The notes under the pieces: model-generated
What the model was told of the DNA's origin: nothing
Databases searched by the model: none
What the model saw: the letters and a program-made list of their open reading frames with translations, nothing else
Assembly: GCA_040218735.1 (NCBI GenBank)
Contig: JAVJQW010000058.1
Span: 64,001 to 128,000, forward strand
DNA length: 64,000 bases
Source: Deltaproteobacteria bacterium
GTDB lineage: Bacteria; Myxococcota; Kuafuiibacteriia; Kuafuiibacteriales; Kuafuiibacteriaceae
Direction of reading: 5' to 3'
Part shown: positions 36,351 through 44,380 of the stretch, piece by piece
How the letters are laid out: every line of letters starts with the position of its first letter
Numbering within the stretch: the stretch's first letter is position 1
Program-made: the position numbers and the translations under genes

Positions 36351-37298
36351 TCATTCTGCGACATAAGCCAGCGTCCGGTCGCCCACGGTCAGGTCCACAC
36401 GAAGGTGTCGCGGCTCGTCCTCGTCGCGGGCGAGGCGGAAGTGCAGGACGAGCTCTTCACCTTCCCGAACGGGCCGCGGCGCGAACGCGAAGTAGCTCTG
36501 GGACCAATGGGTCTCCGCGAAGTCGCTGGACGTGTCGAGCACCACACCCTCGGCGAGGGTCGCGACGAACGATCCGACGAAGCCGGAGAGCACACCGTCG
36601 CGCATCACCGTGTAGCGCACCGTATCCTCGACGAAGGGATCGTCGGCGCTGGCGGTCGCCAGGTCGAGCGCGACGAGCGTCGCGGGGTCGGCGAGACGTG
36701 CCGCCGGCTCCACGCGGAGCTGCTGGACGCGGCCCTGCTCCAGCTCCTTGTCCTCGAGTGACGACATGTCGAGGCCGTGCACCGGTGTGCGCCAGAACCC
36801 GGGGCCGTCGTGGCCGTAGAGGACGGGGTCGTCGACCGGCGCGAGCTGAAGCGCGACGCGGCTGGGGAGCATCTGCCCGCCCTCCGCGAGGTTGTTGTCG
36901 CGCGCGACGAGGACATCGTCGAGCATCCCTTCGACGAAGGCGAGGTGCCCGAGCCACTCGCTGACGAGGACGTTGGCCTTCTCGGGCAGCTCGAGCTCGG
37001 CGGCCGGGCCCTGGAGCACCTTCACGCGATCGGTCAGCCCGTTGGCCTTCACCAGGTTCGCGGCGGTCTTGGCGATGTCCGCCTGGTCGATGGCGTACAC
37101 CTGCCGCGCGCCGGCCCGCGCGGCGAGCATGGCGAGGATGCCGGTGCCCGTGCCGACGTCGAGGACCACGTCTTCGGGCTTCACGACGGCGCGGATGGCC
37201 TTGGCGAACGCATCCGTCCGCCTCCGGTCCGCCACCATGCGACGCTGCAGCTCGAGATCGCCGTAGCGCGAGAAGTAGTACTCCACGTCCGCCGGCAT
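36351..37298 (-). CDS. Eukaryote-like (PRMT1-type) protein arginine N-methyltransferase, ~315 aa
   Basis: YYFSRY, VLDVGTGTGIL, SEWLGHLAFVEGML double-E loop, FW...HGLDMS arm, THWSQ loop. Confidence 0.85.
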   Translation of the reverse strand: MPADVEYYFSRYGDLELQRRMVADRRRTDAFAKAIRAVVKPEDVVLDVGTGTGILAMLAARAGARQVYAIDQADIAKTAANLVKANGLTDRVKVLQGPAAELELPEKANVLVSEWLGHLAFVEGMLDDVLVARDNNLAEGGQMLPSRVALQLAPVDDPVLYGHDGPGFWRTPVHGLDMSSLEDKELEQGRVQQLRVEPAARLADPATLVALDLATASADDPFVEDTVRYTVMRDGVLSGFVGSFVATLAEGVVLDTSSDFAETHWSQSYFAFAPRPVREGEELVLHFRLARDEDEPRHLRVDLTVGDRTLAYVAE

Positions 37299-37341
37299 AC
37301 GTGTTGATCTCGCGGCGAGCAAAGACTATTCGCGGACACGC

Positions 37342-38943
37342 ATGAAGCGCCTGGTGTTGGTCGGTGGACTGTCTTGCCTGATCGCGTGTGGAGCGTCGCC
37401 GTCGAGCAGCGATCCCGCGGCGCCGCCGGTGGCGACCAGCTCGGTGAGCGCGGCGCCCCCGCCCTCCCCCGAAGTGAACGCGGAGCCGGCGGCCGATCCG
37501 AAGACCGCGCACGTCCCGGTGATCGCGCTGTCCGACTTCCACGGTTGGCTGCTCCCGCTCGAGCCGAAGGGGTACCCGCGGTACTTCGGCGGCGTCGCGA
37601 ACCTCGCCGGGATGCTCCAGCACAAGGAGAAGCTCGCGAAGGGTGACGCGATCATCCTCGACAACGGCGACATGTGGACGGGCCCGACGGAGTCCACGCT
37701 CCTCCGCGGCGAGTCGGTCATCCAGGCGTACAACGAGATCGGCTTCACCGCGGCGAACGTCGCGAACCACGAGTTCGACTTCGGACTGGAGATCCTCCGG
37801 GCGCGCGTGAGCGAGGCGAAGTTCCCGTTCCTCGGCGCGAACATTGTCAAGGCCGGCACCACCGAGTCGCCTGACTTCGTGAAGCCGTTCACGATCGTCG
37901 AACGCGACGGCGTGAAGGTGGGGGTGCTCGGGTTGAGCTACGTCGGGACCCCGAAGACGACGCTCGCGAAACACGTCAAGGACCTCGAGTTCAAGGGCTA
38001 CAAGGAGACGCTGGAGGCGTTCGTGCCCAAGGTGCGCGCCGCCGGCGCGAACGCCGTCGTGGTGCTCTTCCACGACGACGCGTCGATCGCGAAGGGCGTC
38101 CTCGAGTCGATGCCCGACCTGAAGGTCGCCGCTGTCGTCGCCGGCCAGAACCACCGCAAGGAGCAGTACACCGTGCGCGGGATCCCGATCGTGAACCCGG
38201 GGCCGTTCGGTCGCAGCTACGTGCGTTTCGACCTCGCGATCGACCGCGGCTCCAAGCAGCTCACGGGCGTGAAGCACGAGATCGTCGACATCACCGGTGA
38301 CGTCGGCGCGCCGCCCTATCCGCCGTCGCCGGCGCTCTTGGCGATCGCCGAGGCCGCGCGCCAGAAGGCGACGCGCGGGATCTCCGAGCGTGACCTCGGG
38401 CGCCTGTCGCAGCCGCTCCCGGTGGGGACGTTCGCGAGCTCGCCGCTCGGCAACTTCGTCGTCGACAGCTGGCTCACCGCCATCCCGGACGCCGACTTCG
38501 CGATGCTCAACCACGGCGCGCTCCGCCAGCCGCTCGGCAAGGGTGCCGTCACGGTGGGCGATCTGCTGAGCGTCATGCCCTTCGAGAACAACCTCTACGT
38601 CGTGACGCTGACCGGCGAGCAGCTCGCGTCGCAGCTCGCGATCGACGGCCCGATCGTCGGCGGCATGACGTGGAGCTACCGCGAGCGGAACGACCGACGC
38701 ACCGTCGTCTCGATGATCGACCAGCGCGGCAAGAAGATCCGCCGCAACAAGAAGTACCGGATCGTCATCCTCGACTTCATGTACACGGGCGGCGATGGCT
38801 TTCAGTTCAAAGAGCTCGACACCGCGCCGATCGACAGCGGGCTGTCGTGGCGCGAGCCGGTGATGCGCACGCTCCGCACGGCCGAGGCCACGCGCCGCGA
38901 GGTGAAGGTTCGCACCGGCGCTCGCGCGCGACGCGTGCGCTGA
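37342..38943 (+). CDS. 5'-nucleotidase / UDP-sugar hydrolase family lipoprotein, 533 aa
   Basis: SDFHG, DNGD, NHEFD, MPFEN, GGDGF; lipobox LIA-C. Confidence 0.92.
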   Translation: MKRLVLVGGLSCLIACGASPSSSDPAAPPVATSSVSAAPPPSPEVNAEPAADPKTAHVPVIALSDFHGWLLPLEPKGYPRYFGGVANLAGMLQHKEKLAKGDAIILDNGDMWTGPTESTLLRGESVIQAYNEIGFTAANVANHEFDFGLEILRARVSEAKFPFLGANIVKAGTTESPDFVKPFTIVERDGVKVGVLGLSYVGTPKTTLAKHVKDLEFKGYKETLEAFVPKVRAAGANAVVVLFHDDASIAKGVLESMPDLKVAAVVAGQNHRKEQYTVRGIPIVNPGPFGRSYVRFDLAIDRGSKQLTGVKHEIVDITGDVGAPPYPPSPALLAIAEAARQKATRGISERDLGRLSQPLPVGTFASSPLGNFVVDSWLTAIPDADFAMLNHGALRQPLGKGAVTVGDLLSVMPFENNLYVVTLTGEQLASQLAIDGPIVGGMTWSYRERNDRRTVVSMIDQRGKKIRRNKKYRIVILDFMYTGGDGFQFKELDTAPIDSGLSWREPVMRTLRTAEATRREVKVRTGARARRVR

Positions 38944-39107
38944 GCTCGCGTCGGCGGCTGCGCCTCTCCCCCGCCGCGCCCGCGCGCGCATCACGCCGCG
39001 CTGTCATCCCCTCCGGCCGGATGGCACCACCGGTGAAGAGACAACTCGACGGATGCGTCGCGACGGACGCGGGCGCACACGCGCGGTTCGGTTGTCGAGG
39101 CGGGCGC

Positions 39108-39770
39108 TCAGCAGCGCCGGTAGACGCCGCAGACGATCCCGAGGATCGAGGTCGATCGGAAGTCCTTCTTGTGGACCACGATCGGCTCCATCGACGCGTT
39201 CTCGGGGACGAAGTGAATCGAGTCGCCCTTGGGGACGTACCGCTTCACCGTCGCTTCGCCGTCGATCATCGCGACGACGATGTCGTTCGTGCGCGCCTCG
39301 ATCTGCTTGCGCACGAATATGTAGTCCCCATCGAGGATGCCGGCTTCGATCATCGAGTCGCCGGTCACGCGGAGCGCGAAGACCTTCGCGCCGCGTTGGT
39401 CGCCGAGGAAGAAGCTGTCGACCCGGACGGTCTGCTCGGCTTGCTCGTCCGCGAGGATCGGCGAGCCGGCGGCGACGCGGCCGAGCAGGGGAATCTCGAT
39501 GGTGTCACTGTTCGCGGGGATCAGGGTCGACACCACATCGCTCTTGACTGGGCTCGGCATGTGGACCGGACGGAGGGCGCGCGACTTCAGGCCCTCCCGG
39601 ACCAGGTAACCCTTGCGCTCGAGCGCCTTGAGGTGATCGTTCACCCCGTTCGTGGACTTGATCCCCATCTCCTCGCCGATCTCCCGGATCGTGGGCGGGT
39701 ACCCCTGCTCCTGGATACGCTTCGTAATGAAGTCGAGGATTTGGCGCTGTCGCTCCGTCAGGCCCTGCAT
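39108..39770 (-). CDS. lexA: SOS repressor LexA, 220 aa
   Basis: [25 protein letters not shown] cleavage site, GDSM (Ser), TVK (Lys). Confidence 0.97.
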   Translation of the reverse strand: MQGLTERQRQILDFITKRIQEQGYPPTIREIGEEMGIKSTNGVNDHLKALERKGYLVREGLKSRALRPVHMPSPVKSDVVSTLIPANSDTIEIPLLGRVAAGSPILADEQAEQTVRVDSFFLGDQRGAKVFALRVTGDSMIEAGILDGDYIFVRKQIEARTNDIVVAMIDGEATVKRYVPKGDSIHFVPENASMEPIVVHKKDFRSTSILGIVCGVYRRC

Positions 39771-39786
39771 CGCGCTCCGGACTCTA

Positions 39787-39803
39787 GCTGAACACCTGTG
39801 TAC
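39787..39803 (-). promoter_or_regulatory. Putative LexA operator
   Basis: Minus-strand GTACACAGGTGTTCAGC matches 15/17 positions of the M. xanthus consensus CTRHAMRYBYGTTCAGS (recalled); 17 bp upstream of lexA. Confidence 0.7.
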
Positions 39804-39894
39804 ACGCAACATTTGGACACCGATTTTCGTTGCGCGCGCTGGGGCCGCCTTTTCCCGTTCTCATGACGCAGGTGGTCGTGCGTAAGATGGTGGC

Positions 39895-40302
39895 TTGGCC
39901 AGGCCTCCGAGAGACGAAGACGCACCGCCCGAGGTGAAGAAGGTTCGCACGCCCCACGGCACGCGCGTCGCGCGCGCGATCGTGTGCTCGGCGTGCGGTG
40001 CGAAGGACACCGTTCACTTCACCCCGCGCGAAGTCGAGCGGGCGCTCTGTCGTCGGTGCGCCGCCGAGCTGTTGGGCGTCGTGGATCGCGACGCGAACAT
40101 CCGTCCCGAAAAAGCAATGACGTGCACCGACTGCGGTCGCGTCGAGATGGCGTTCTGGCGCGGTGACGATCCGTTCCTTTGTCGAGACTGTCGGCAAGGC
40201 ATCTACTCGAACCAGCAAACACGAACGAAGAAGGCCGACCGCGTCGCGGGTGGCAAGGTGCTCCGCGTTCGTCGGCGCGCACCCGAAGAAGACGAAGACT
40301 GA
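39895..40302 (+). CDS. Double zinc-ribbon (CxxC-x17-CxxC-like) protein
   Basis: CSAC...CRRC and CTDC...CRDC. Confidence 0.75.
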   Translation: MARPPRDEDAPPEVKKVRTPHGTRVARAIVCSACGAKDTVHFTPREVERALCRRCAAELLGVVDRDANIRPEKAMTCTDCGRVEMAFWRGDDPFLCRDCRQGIYSNQQTRTKKADRVAGGKVLRVRRRAPEEDED

Positions 40303-40307
40303 GCCGC

Positions 40308-40390
40308 TTCGAAAAGTTCGAATTTCGGACGAACGCGTTCGGATTTCGAACTTCGTCCGAATTCCATTCGAACGAATGAGCGTTCGCGTT
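40308..40390. repeat. TTCGAA-rich palindromic intergenic element
   Basis: GAATTTCGGACGAA ... TTCGTCCGAATTC inverted repeat between convergent genes. Confidence 0.55.
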
Positions 40391-40437
40391 GGCGTGCGCG
40401 GTTGGATCGGATCTTGTTCTGCGAACCGGCGCGTCGA

Positions 40438-41811
40438 TCAGCCGCGATAGTCGGACGGGTCGACCTGCAGTTGCTTGAGCCAGCGATGAACCTGCATCCG
40501 CGAGTAACCCATCGAGCGCGCGACGGCGCTGACGTTCCCGCCGTGCGCGGTGAGCAGTCGCACCAGCTCGCGATGGCGGGACGCATCACTCGAACCCTGG
40601 CGCGGCGTCTCCTTCGCGCGGGGTGGCTCGTAGTTGCGCACCTCTTCGGGGAGGTGCTTGAGCTCGATCCGGTCGCCGTCGCACAGCGCGATGGCGGTTT
40701 CGACCGCCTTCTCGAGCTCGCGAATGTTGAGCGGCCACGCGTACACGAGCAGCGCGCGGTAGGCGGCGGGGGAGAACGTGAGATCGTCCGCGTCGAAGCG
40801 CGCGAGGAACCGCCCGATCAGCAGTCCGATGTCCTCGACACGTTCGACGAGCGTCGGGATCTCGAGGCTCGTCCCTTTGAGGCGCGCGTAGAGATCGGAC
40901 CGGAATCGGCCGCTCTGGACCATCTCGTCGAGGTCTTGATGGGTGGCGCAGATGAACCGCACGTCCACCTTGACCGGTGCGTCGCCGCCGACCGGGACGA
41001 CCTCGGACTCTTGCAACACCCGCAGCAAGCTGACTTGCACCTCGAGCGGCATGTCGCCGATTTCGTCGAGGAGCAGCGTGCCTTGATCGGCGGCGCGGAT
41101 CTGTCCGATGCGCGAGCGATCGGCCATCGAGTGCGCGCCCTTTTCGACGCCGAACAACTCGGAGGCGACGAGGTTCTGTTGCACGGCGGCCGTGTTGATC
41201 GCGAGGAATGGGCCGGTGCGCTTCGAGCCGTCGTGCAGCTCGCGCGCGAGGACTTCCTTACCGGTGCCGGTGGCGCCGAGCAGCATCACCGGAACGCGCG
41301 TGCGTGCGACGCGACGAAGGCGCTTCGCGACGCTGACGAACGGCGGGTACATCGAACCGAGCACACCCTCCTGCGGTGGCTCGAGCGCGAAGGAGTCCGA
41401 CACGACCATCGACCGGAACAGCCAGAACGTGCTGCCGGTCTCGAAGATGTCGCCGTCGGCGAGCGGCGCGGACGATCGGCGCACGCCCCACATGAGTGTG
41501 CCGTTGCTCGATCCGATGTCCGCGAGCTGCCAACCTTCGTCGGTCTTCTCGAGGACGGCGTGCTCGCCCGACATCCATCGGTCGCGAACTTCGATGCGGT
41601 CCGTCGCGTCGACGGGTTCTTCGTCGCGACGTCCGAGCAACACACGTCGTCGTTCATCGAGCGCGAAGACTTCGGGGAGTGCGAGCGGATCGGCGGCCGT
41701 GCCGATCCGGACGAGCCAAGTTCGCGGTTTCTTCGCCTCTTCTTGGGCGCTCTGTTCTTCCTCGATGCGCTCGGTGCGCGATCGGCGTCCGTCGTCGGCC
41801 AACGCCTGCAC
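40438..41811 (-). CDS. FHA-domain sigma54-type enhancer-binding protein with Fis HTH, 457 aa
   Basis: FHA GR...S.EHA...SSNGT; GATGTGKE, LLLDEIG, FRSDLYARL, WPLNIREL, HTH; GAFTGA replaced by GAHSMA. Confidence 0.92.
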   Translation of the reverse strand: MQALADDGRRSRTERIEEEQSAQEEAKKPRTWLVRIGTAADPLALPEVFALDERRRVLLGRRDEEPVDATDRIEVRDRWMSGEHAVLEKTDEGWQLADIGSSNGTLMWGVRRSSAPLADGDIFETGSTFWLFRSMVVSDSFALEPPQEGVLGSMYPPFVSVAKRLRRVARTRVPVMLLGATGTGKEVLARELHDGSKRTGPFLAINTAAVQQNLVASELFGVEKGAHSMADRSRIGQIRAADQGTLLLDEIGDMPLEVQVSLLRVLQESEVVPVGGDAPVKVDVRFICATHQDLDEMVQSGRFRSDLYARLKGTSLEIPTLVERVEDIGLLIGRFLARFDADDLTFSPAAYRALLVYAWPLNIRELEKAVETAIALCDGDRIELKHLPEEVRNYEPPRAKETPRQGSSDASRHRELVRLLTAHGGNVSAVARSMGYSRMQVHRWLKQLQVDPSDYRG

Positions 41812-42026
41812 TGTTCTTCGAATTCAGACTGCGTTTCAAGTGTGATGTTGTCGGCGTCACGTGATGATGAGCCGCGGCGCCGGCTCGTCGAACATGTGAC
41901 GCTCTGTGTGTTGCGTATGCTTGGCCGAAGAGTTGGTATGCGGATGGCAATCATTAGAGCTCCCGGGCTGGGCGTTTGGTGGTTTGCACGACCGAACGCG
42001 GTTAAGGTCCGAACAGGAGTCATGGC

Positions 42027-43295
42027 ATGTTGATTCAGACCCTCCTCGTCACCGCTGCGATGGCCACGAGCGCCGCGCCCTCGACGCGCGTTGCGGTGCT
42101 CCTCGACGACGCTGCGGCCGGTCAGCCCGCGACCGCCGCGATCGAAGCCAAGCTCCAGAAGCTGGGCTACGAGGTCGTCGCCGCGAGTGTATCCGAGCGT
42201 ATGCGTAAGGTCGTCGCGCCCCAGGACCTCCTGAAGAACCGCCTCCCGGAGGGACTATCAGTGTTCGAGGCGGACGCGGTCATCGCGGGCGCCGCCACGT
42301 ACGGCAAGCCGGAGGCGGTGGACGTCGTGAAGAGCGTGCAGGTCTCGTTGACGGTCCGTCTCATCGATCTCGGCACGGGGCAGTCCGAGGCGACGCTCCG
42401 CGCGGGCGGTGTCGGGCTCGGCGCCGGTGGGCCGAACTTGCTCGCGTCGGGTGCGGAGCAGGCGGTCGAGATCCTCTTCGGTAAGAACGGACTGGAGAAG
42501 GCGCTTCAGAAGGTCGGGCAGACGGCAGGGGCGGTGACCCTCGTCGTGCAGAACATCCCCAACCGCAACGTGCTCGTCGAGCTCAAGACGGGCCTGGAAG
42601 AAGCGCTCGCCGGCGCGCCGGTCAAAGAGATCTACTTCGCGAAGGGCCTCGGGAAGCTCGTGCTCGGCGGGAGCAAGTCGGACTCGTCGATGGTCGGTCC
42701 GGACATCGCGGACCTGATCGCGCAGAAGAAGGGCCTCGCGCTCGCCGTCGACGAGGTTGCGAACACACGCATCGTCGCGCGCTACGATCGCTCGCGCACG
42801 GTTCACGTGCACGCGCTGGTGATGGAGCCGAAGCTCACGCGCAGCAACAAGAAGCGCGCGACGGAGCTCGGGCGCTACCTCGCGACGCAGATGGCGACGT
42901 TCGAATTTGCGCGCGCCTCGTACATGCCGGGGCGGATGTCTCGGAAGCGCGCCGTGCGCGAAGCCAAGAAGATCGGCGCGGGCGTCGTCGTGGAGGCGGA
43001 TCTGCTCGGCAAGGGCAAGAAGGCCGCGATGTCGATTCGTATCATCGACGTCGCGACTGGTCGCCCGATCCACCGCGGTCAGCAGATCGTCGGGCAGGAC
43101 GGTGACTTCGCCGCCGCGGACACGTTGGTCTCGGCGCTGAAGACGGACCTCCCCGAGAAGCTCGCGGTCCTGCAGCCGAAGAAGAGCGCGAAGTCGCGGC
43201 CGTCCGAGGCGACCGCGGCGAAGACGCCGCCTGTCGAACCCATCAAGAAGGCCCCCGCGCCGTCGAAGCCGGACGGGGCCGAGGATCTCAAGTGA
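42027..43295 (+). CDS. Secreted alpha/beta multi-domain protein, 422 aa
   Basis: Signal peptide; two CsgG/TolB-N-like segments ('VRLIDLGTG', 'IRIIDVATG'). Confidence 0.7.
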   Translation: MLIQTLLVTAAMATSAAPSTRVAVLLDDAAAGQPATAAIEAKLQKLGYEVVAASVSERMRKVVAPQDLLKNRLPEGLSVFEADAVIAGAATYGKPEAVDVVKSVQVSLTVRLIDLGTGQSEATLRAGGVGLGAGGPNLLASGAEQAVEILFGKNGLEKALQKVGQTAGAVTLVVQNIPNRNVLVELKTGLEEALAGAPVKEIYFAKGLGKLVLGGSKSDSSMVGPDIADLIAQKKGLALAVDEVANTRIVARYDRSRTVHVHALVMEPKLTRSNKKRATELGRYLATQMATFEFARASYMPGRMSRKRAVREAKKIGAGVVVEADLLGKGKKAAMSIRIIDVATGRPIHRGQQIVGQDGDFAAADTLVSALKTDLPEKLAVLQPKKSAKSRPSEATAAKTPPVEPIKKAPAPSKPDGAEDLK

Positions 43296-44347
43296 GCACG
43301 ACGTTGATCATCGCGGCCGCGCTGGCCGCTCAGTCGGGGGAGCCGGTTCCGCTGACGCCGCCCGAGCTGACGACCAAGACGCGGATCGCCATCATGTCGA
43401 TCCAAGCCAGCGGCGTCCCCGCGGAGTACGCGGAGGGGCTGACGGAGACCGTCGCGACCACGGTGCAGGAGACCGGGGTGTTCGAGACGCTCTCGCCGCG
43501 TCAGCTCTCGTCGCTGCTCGCGTACGAGAAGCGCAAGGAGCTCCTCGGCGGGTGCGTCCAGGAGGCTTGTTACGTTCAGATCGCGAAGACCGTGAAGGCG
43601 GACCACTTGCTCGCAGGGAGCGTGGCGCGTGTCGGCAACAAGCTGACGCTGAACCTCGTGTTGATCGACGCCGCGCAGGGCAAGGCGCTCAAGCGGACCA
43701 ATCGGGAGTCGGACGGTGCGTCGACGTTGCTCGACGACTCGCGCTCGGCCGCGATCGTCCTGCTCCAGCCGATCCTCAACGCGCGGCGCGGATACTTGAA
43801 GGTCGCGGTCAACGTGCCGGACGCTTCGATCGTCGTGGACGACGAGCAGCGGCACGAAGGGGTCGGCCAAGTCATCGCGTTGGCGGCCGGCCCGCACGTC
43901 CTCAAGGTGAAGCGCGATGGCTTCTACGCGACGAGCGCGGACGTCTTCGTTCGGCCGGGTCGCGTGTCCTCCGAGGACGTGAAGTTGATTCCGGCACGCG
44001 AGACGATCGAGGACTACGAGTCCGGCGCGGACCTGATGCGCTGGGGGGCCTACGGCACGGCGGTCATCGGTGTCGGCGCCGCGGTCGCGAGCGGCATCTT
44101 CTTCTCGCGAGCGTCGGACGACAAAGCGTTCGTGGATCGTTACACCACGGCCCTCGCGGCGGACCGTCAGTTCATCGCCACGCCCGAGGAGGCGCAGGTG
44201 CGGTCCGACAGCTTCCACACCAACCAGGCGCTCTACCTCTCCCTGCTCGGCGCCGCGGTTGTCTCCGGCGGGGTCTCACTCGTGCTCTGGATCGTCGGCG
44301 ACGACCCGGATCGCTACGAGGAGTTCCACAGCCTCACCGGCATGTGA
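43292..44347 (+). CDS. PEGA-domain protein, 351 aa
   Basis: 'VNVPDASIVVD...LAAGPHVLKVKRDGF'; C-x4-C alpha/beta N-domain; two C-terminal hydrophobic helices. Confidence 0.85.
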   Translation: MSTTLIIAAALAAQSGEPVPLTPPELTTKTRIAIMSIQASGVPAEYAEGLTETVATTVQETGVFETLSPRQLSSLLAYEKRKELLGGCVQEACYVQIAKTVKADHLLAGSVARVGNKLTLNLVLIDAAQGKALKRTNRESDGASTLLDDSRSAAIVLLQPILNARRGYLKVAVNVPDASIVVDDEQRHEGVGQVIALAAGPHVLKVKRDGFYATSADVFVRPGRVSSEDVKLIPARETIEDYESGADLMRWGAYGTAVIGVGAAVASGIFFSRASDDKAFVDRYTTALAADRQFIATPEEAQVRSDSFHTNQALYLSLLGAAVVSGGVSLVLWIVGDDPDRYEEFHSLTGM

Positions 44348-44380
44348 TCACCCGCCCGTCCTTCCGACCCCGCCAGGTTT

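Noticed and set aside
36351-37298. Annotation as ribosomal protein L11 methyltransferase PrmA
   Set aside because: Shares only SAM motif I; lacks the PrmA N-terminal domain and has PRMT-specific double-E and THW loops
36457-38994. 845-aa minus ORF and similar long antisense ORFs (e.g. 58026-60680, 13842-15737, 6861-8510)
   Set aside because: High-GC antisense shadows of well-supported genes
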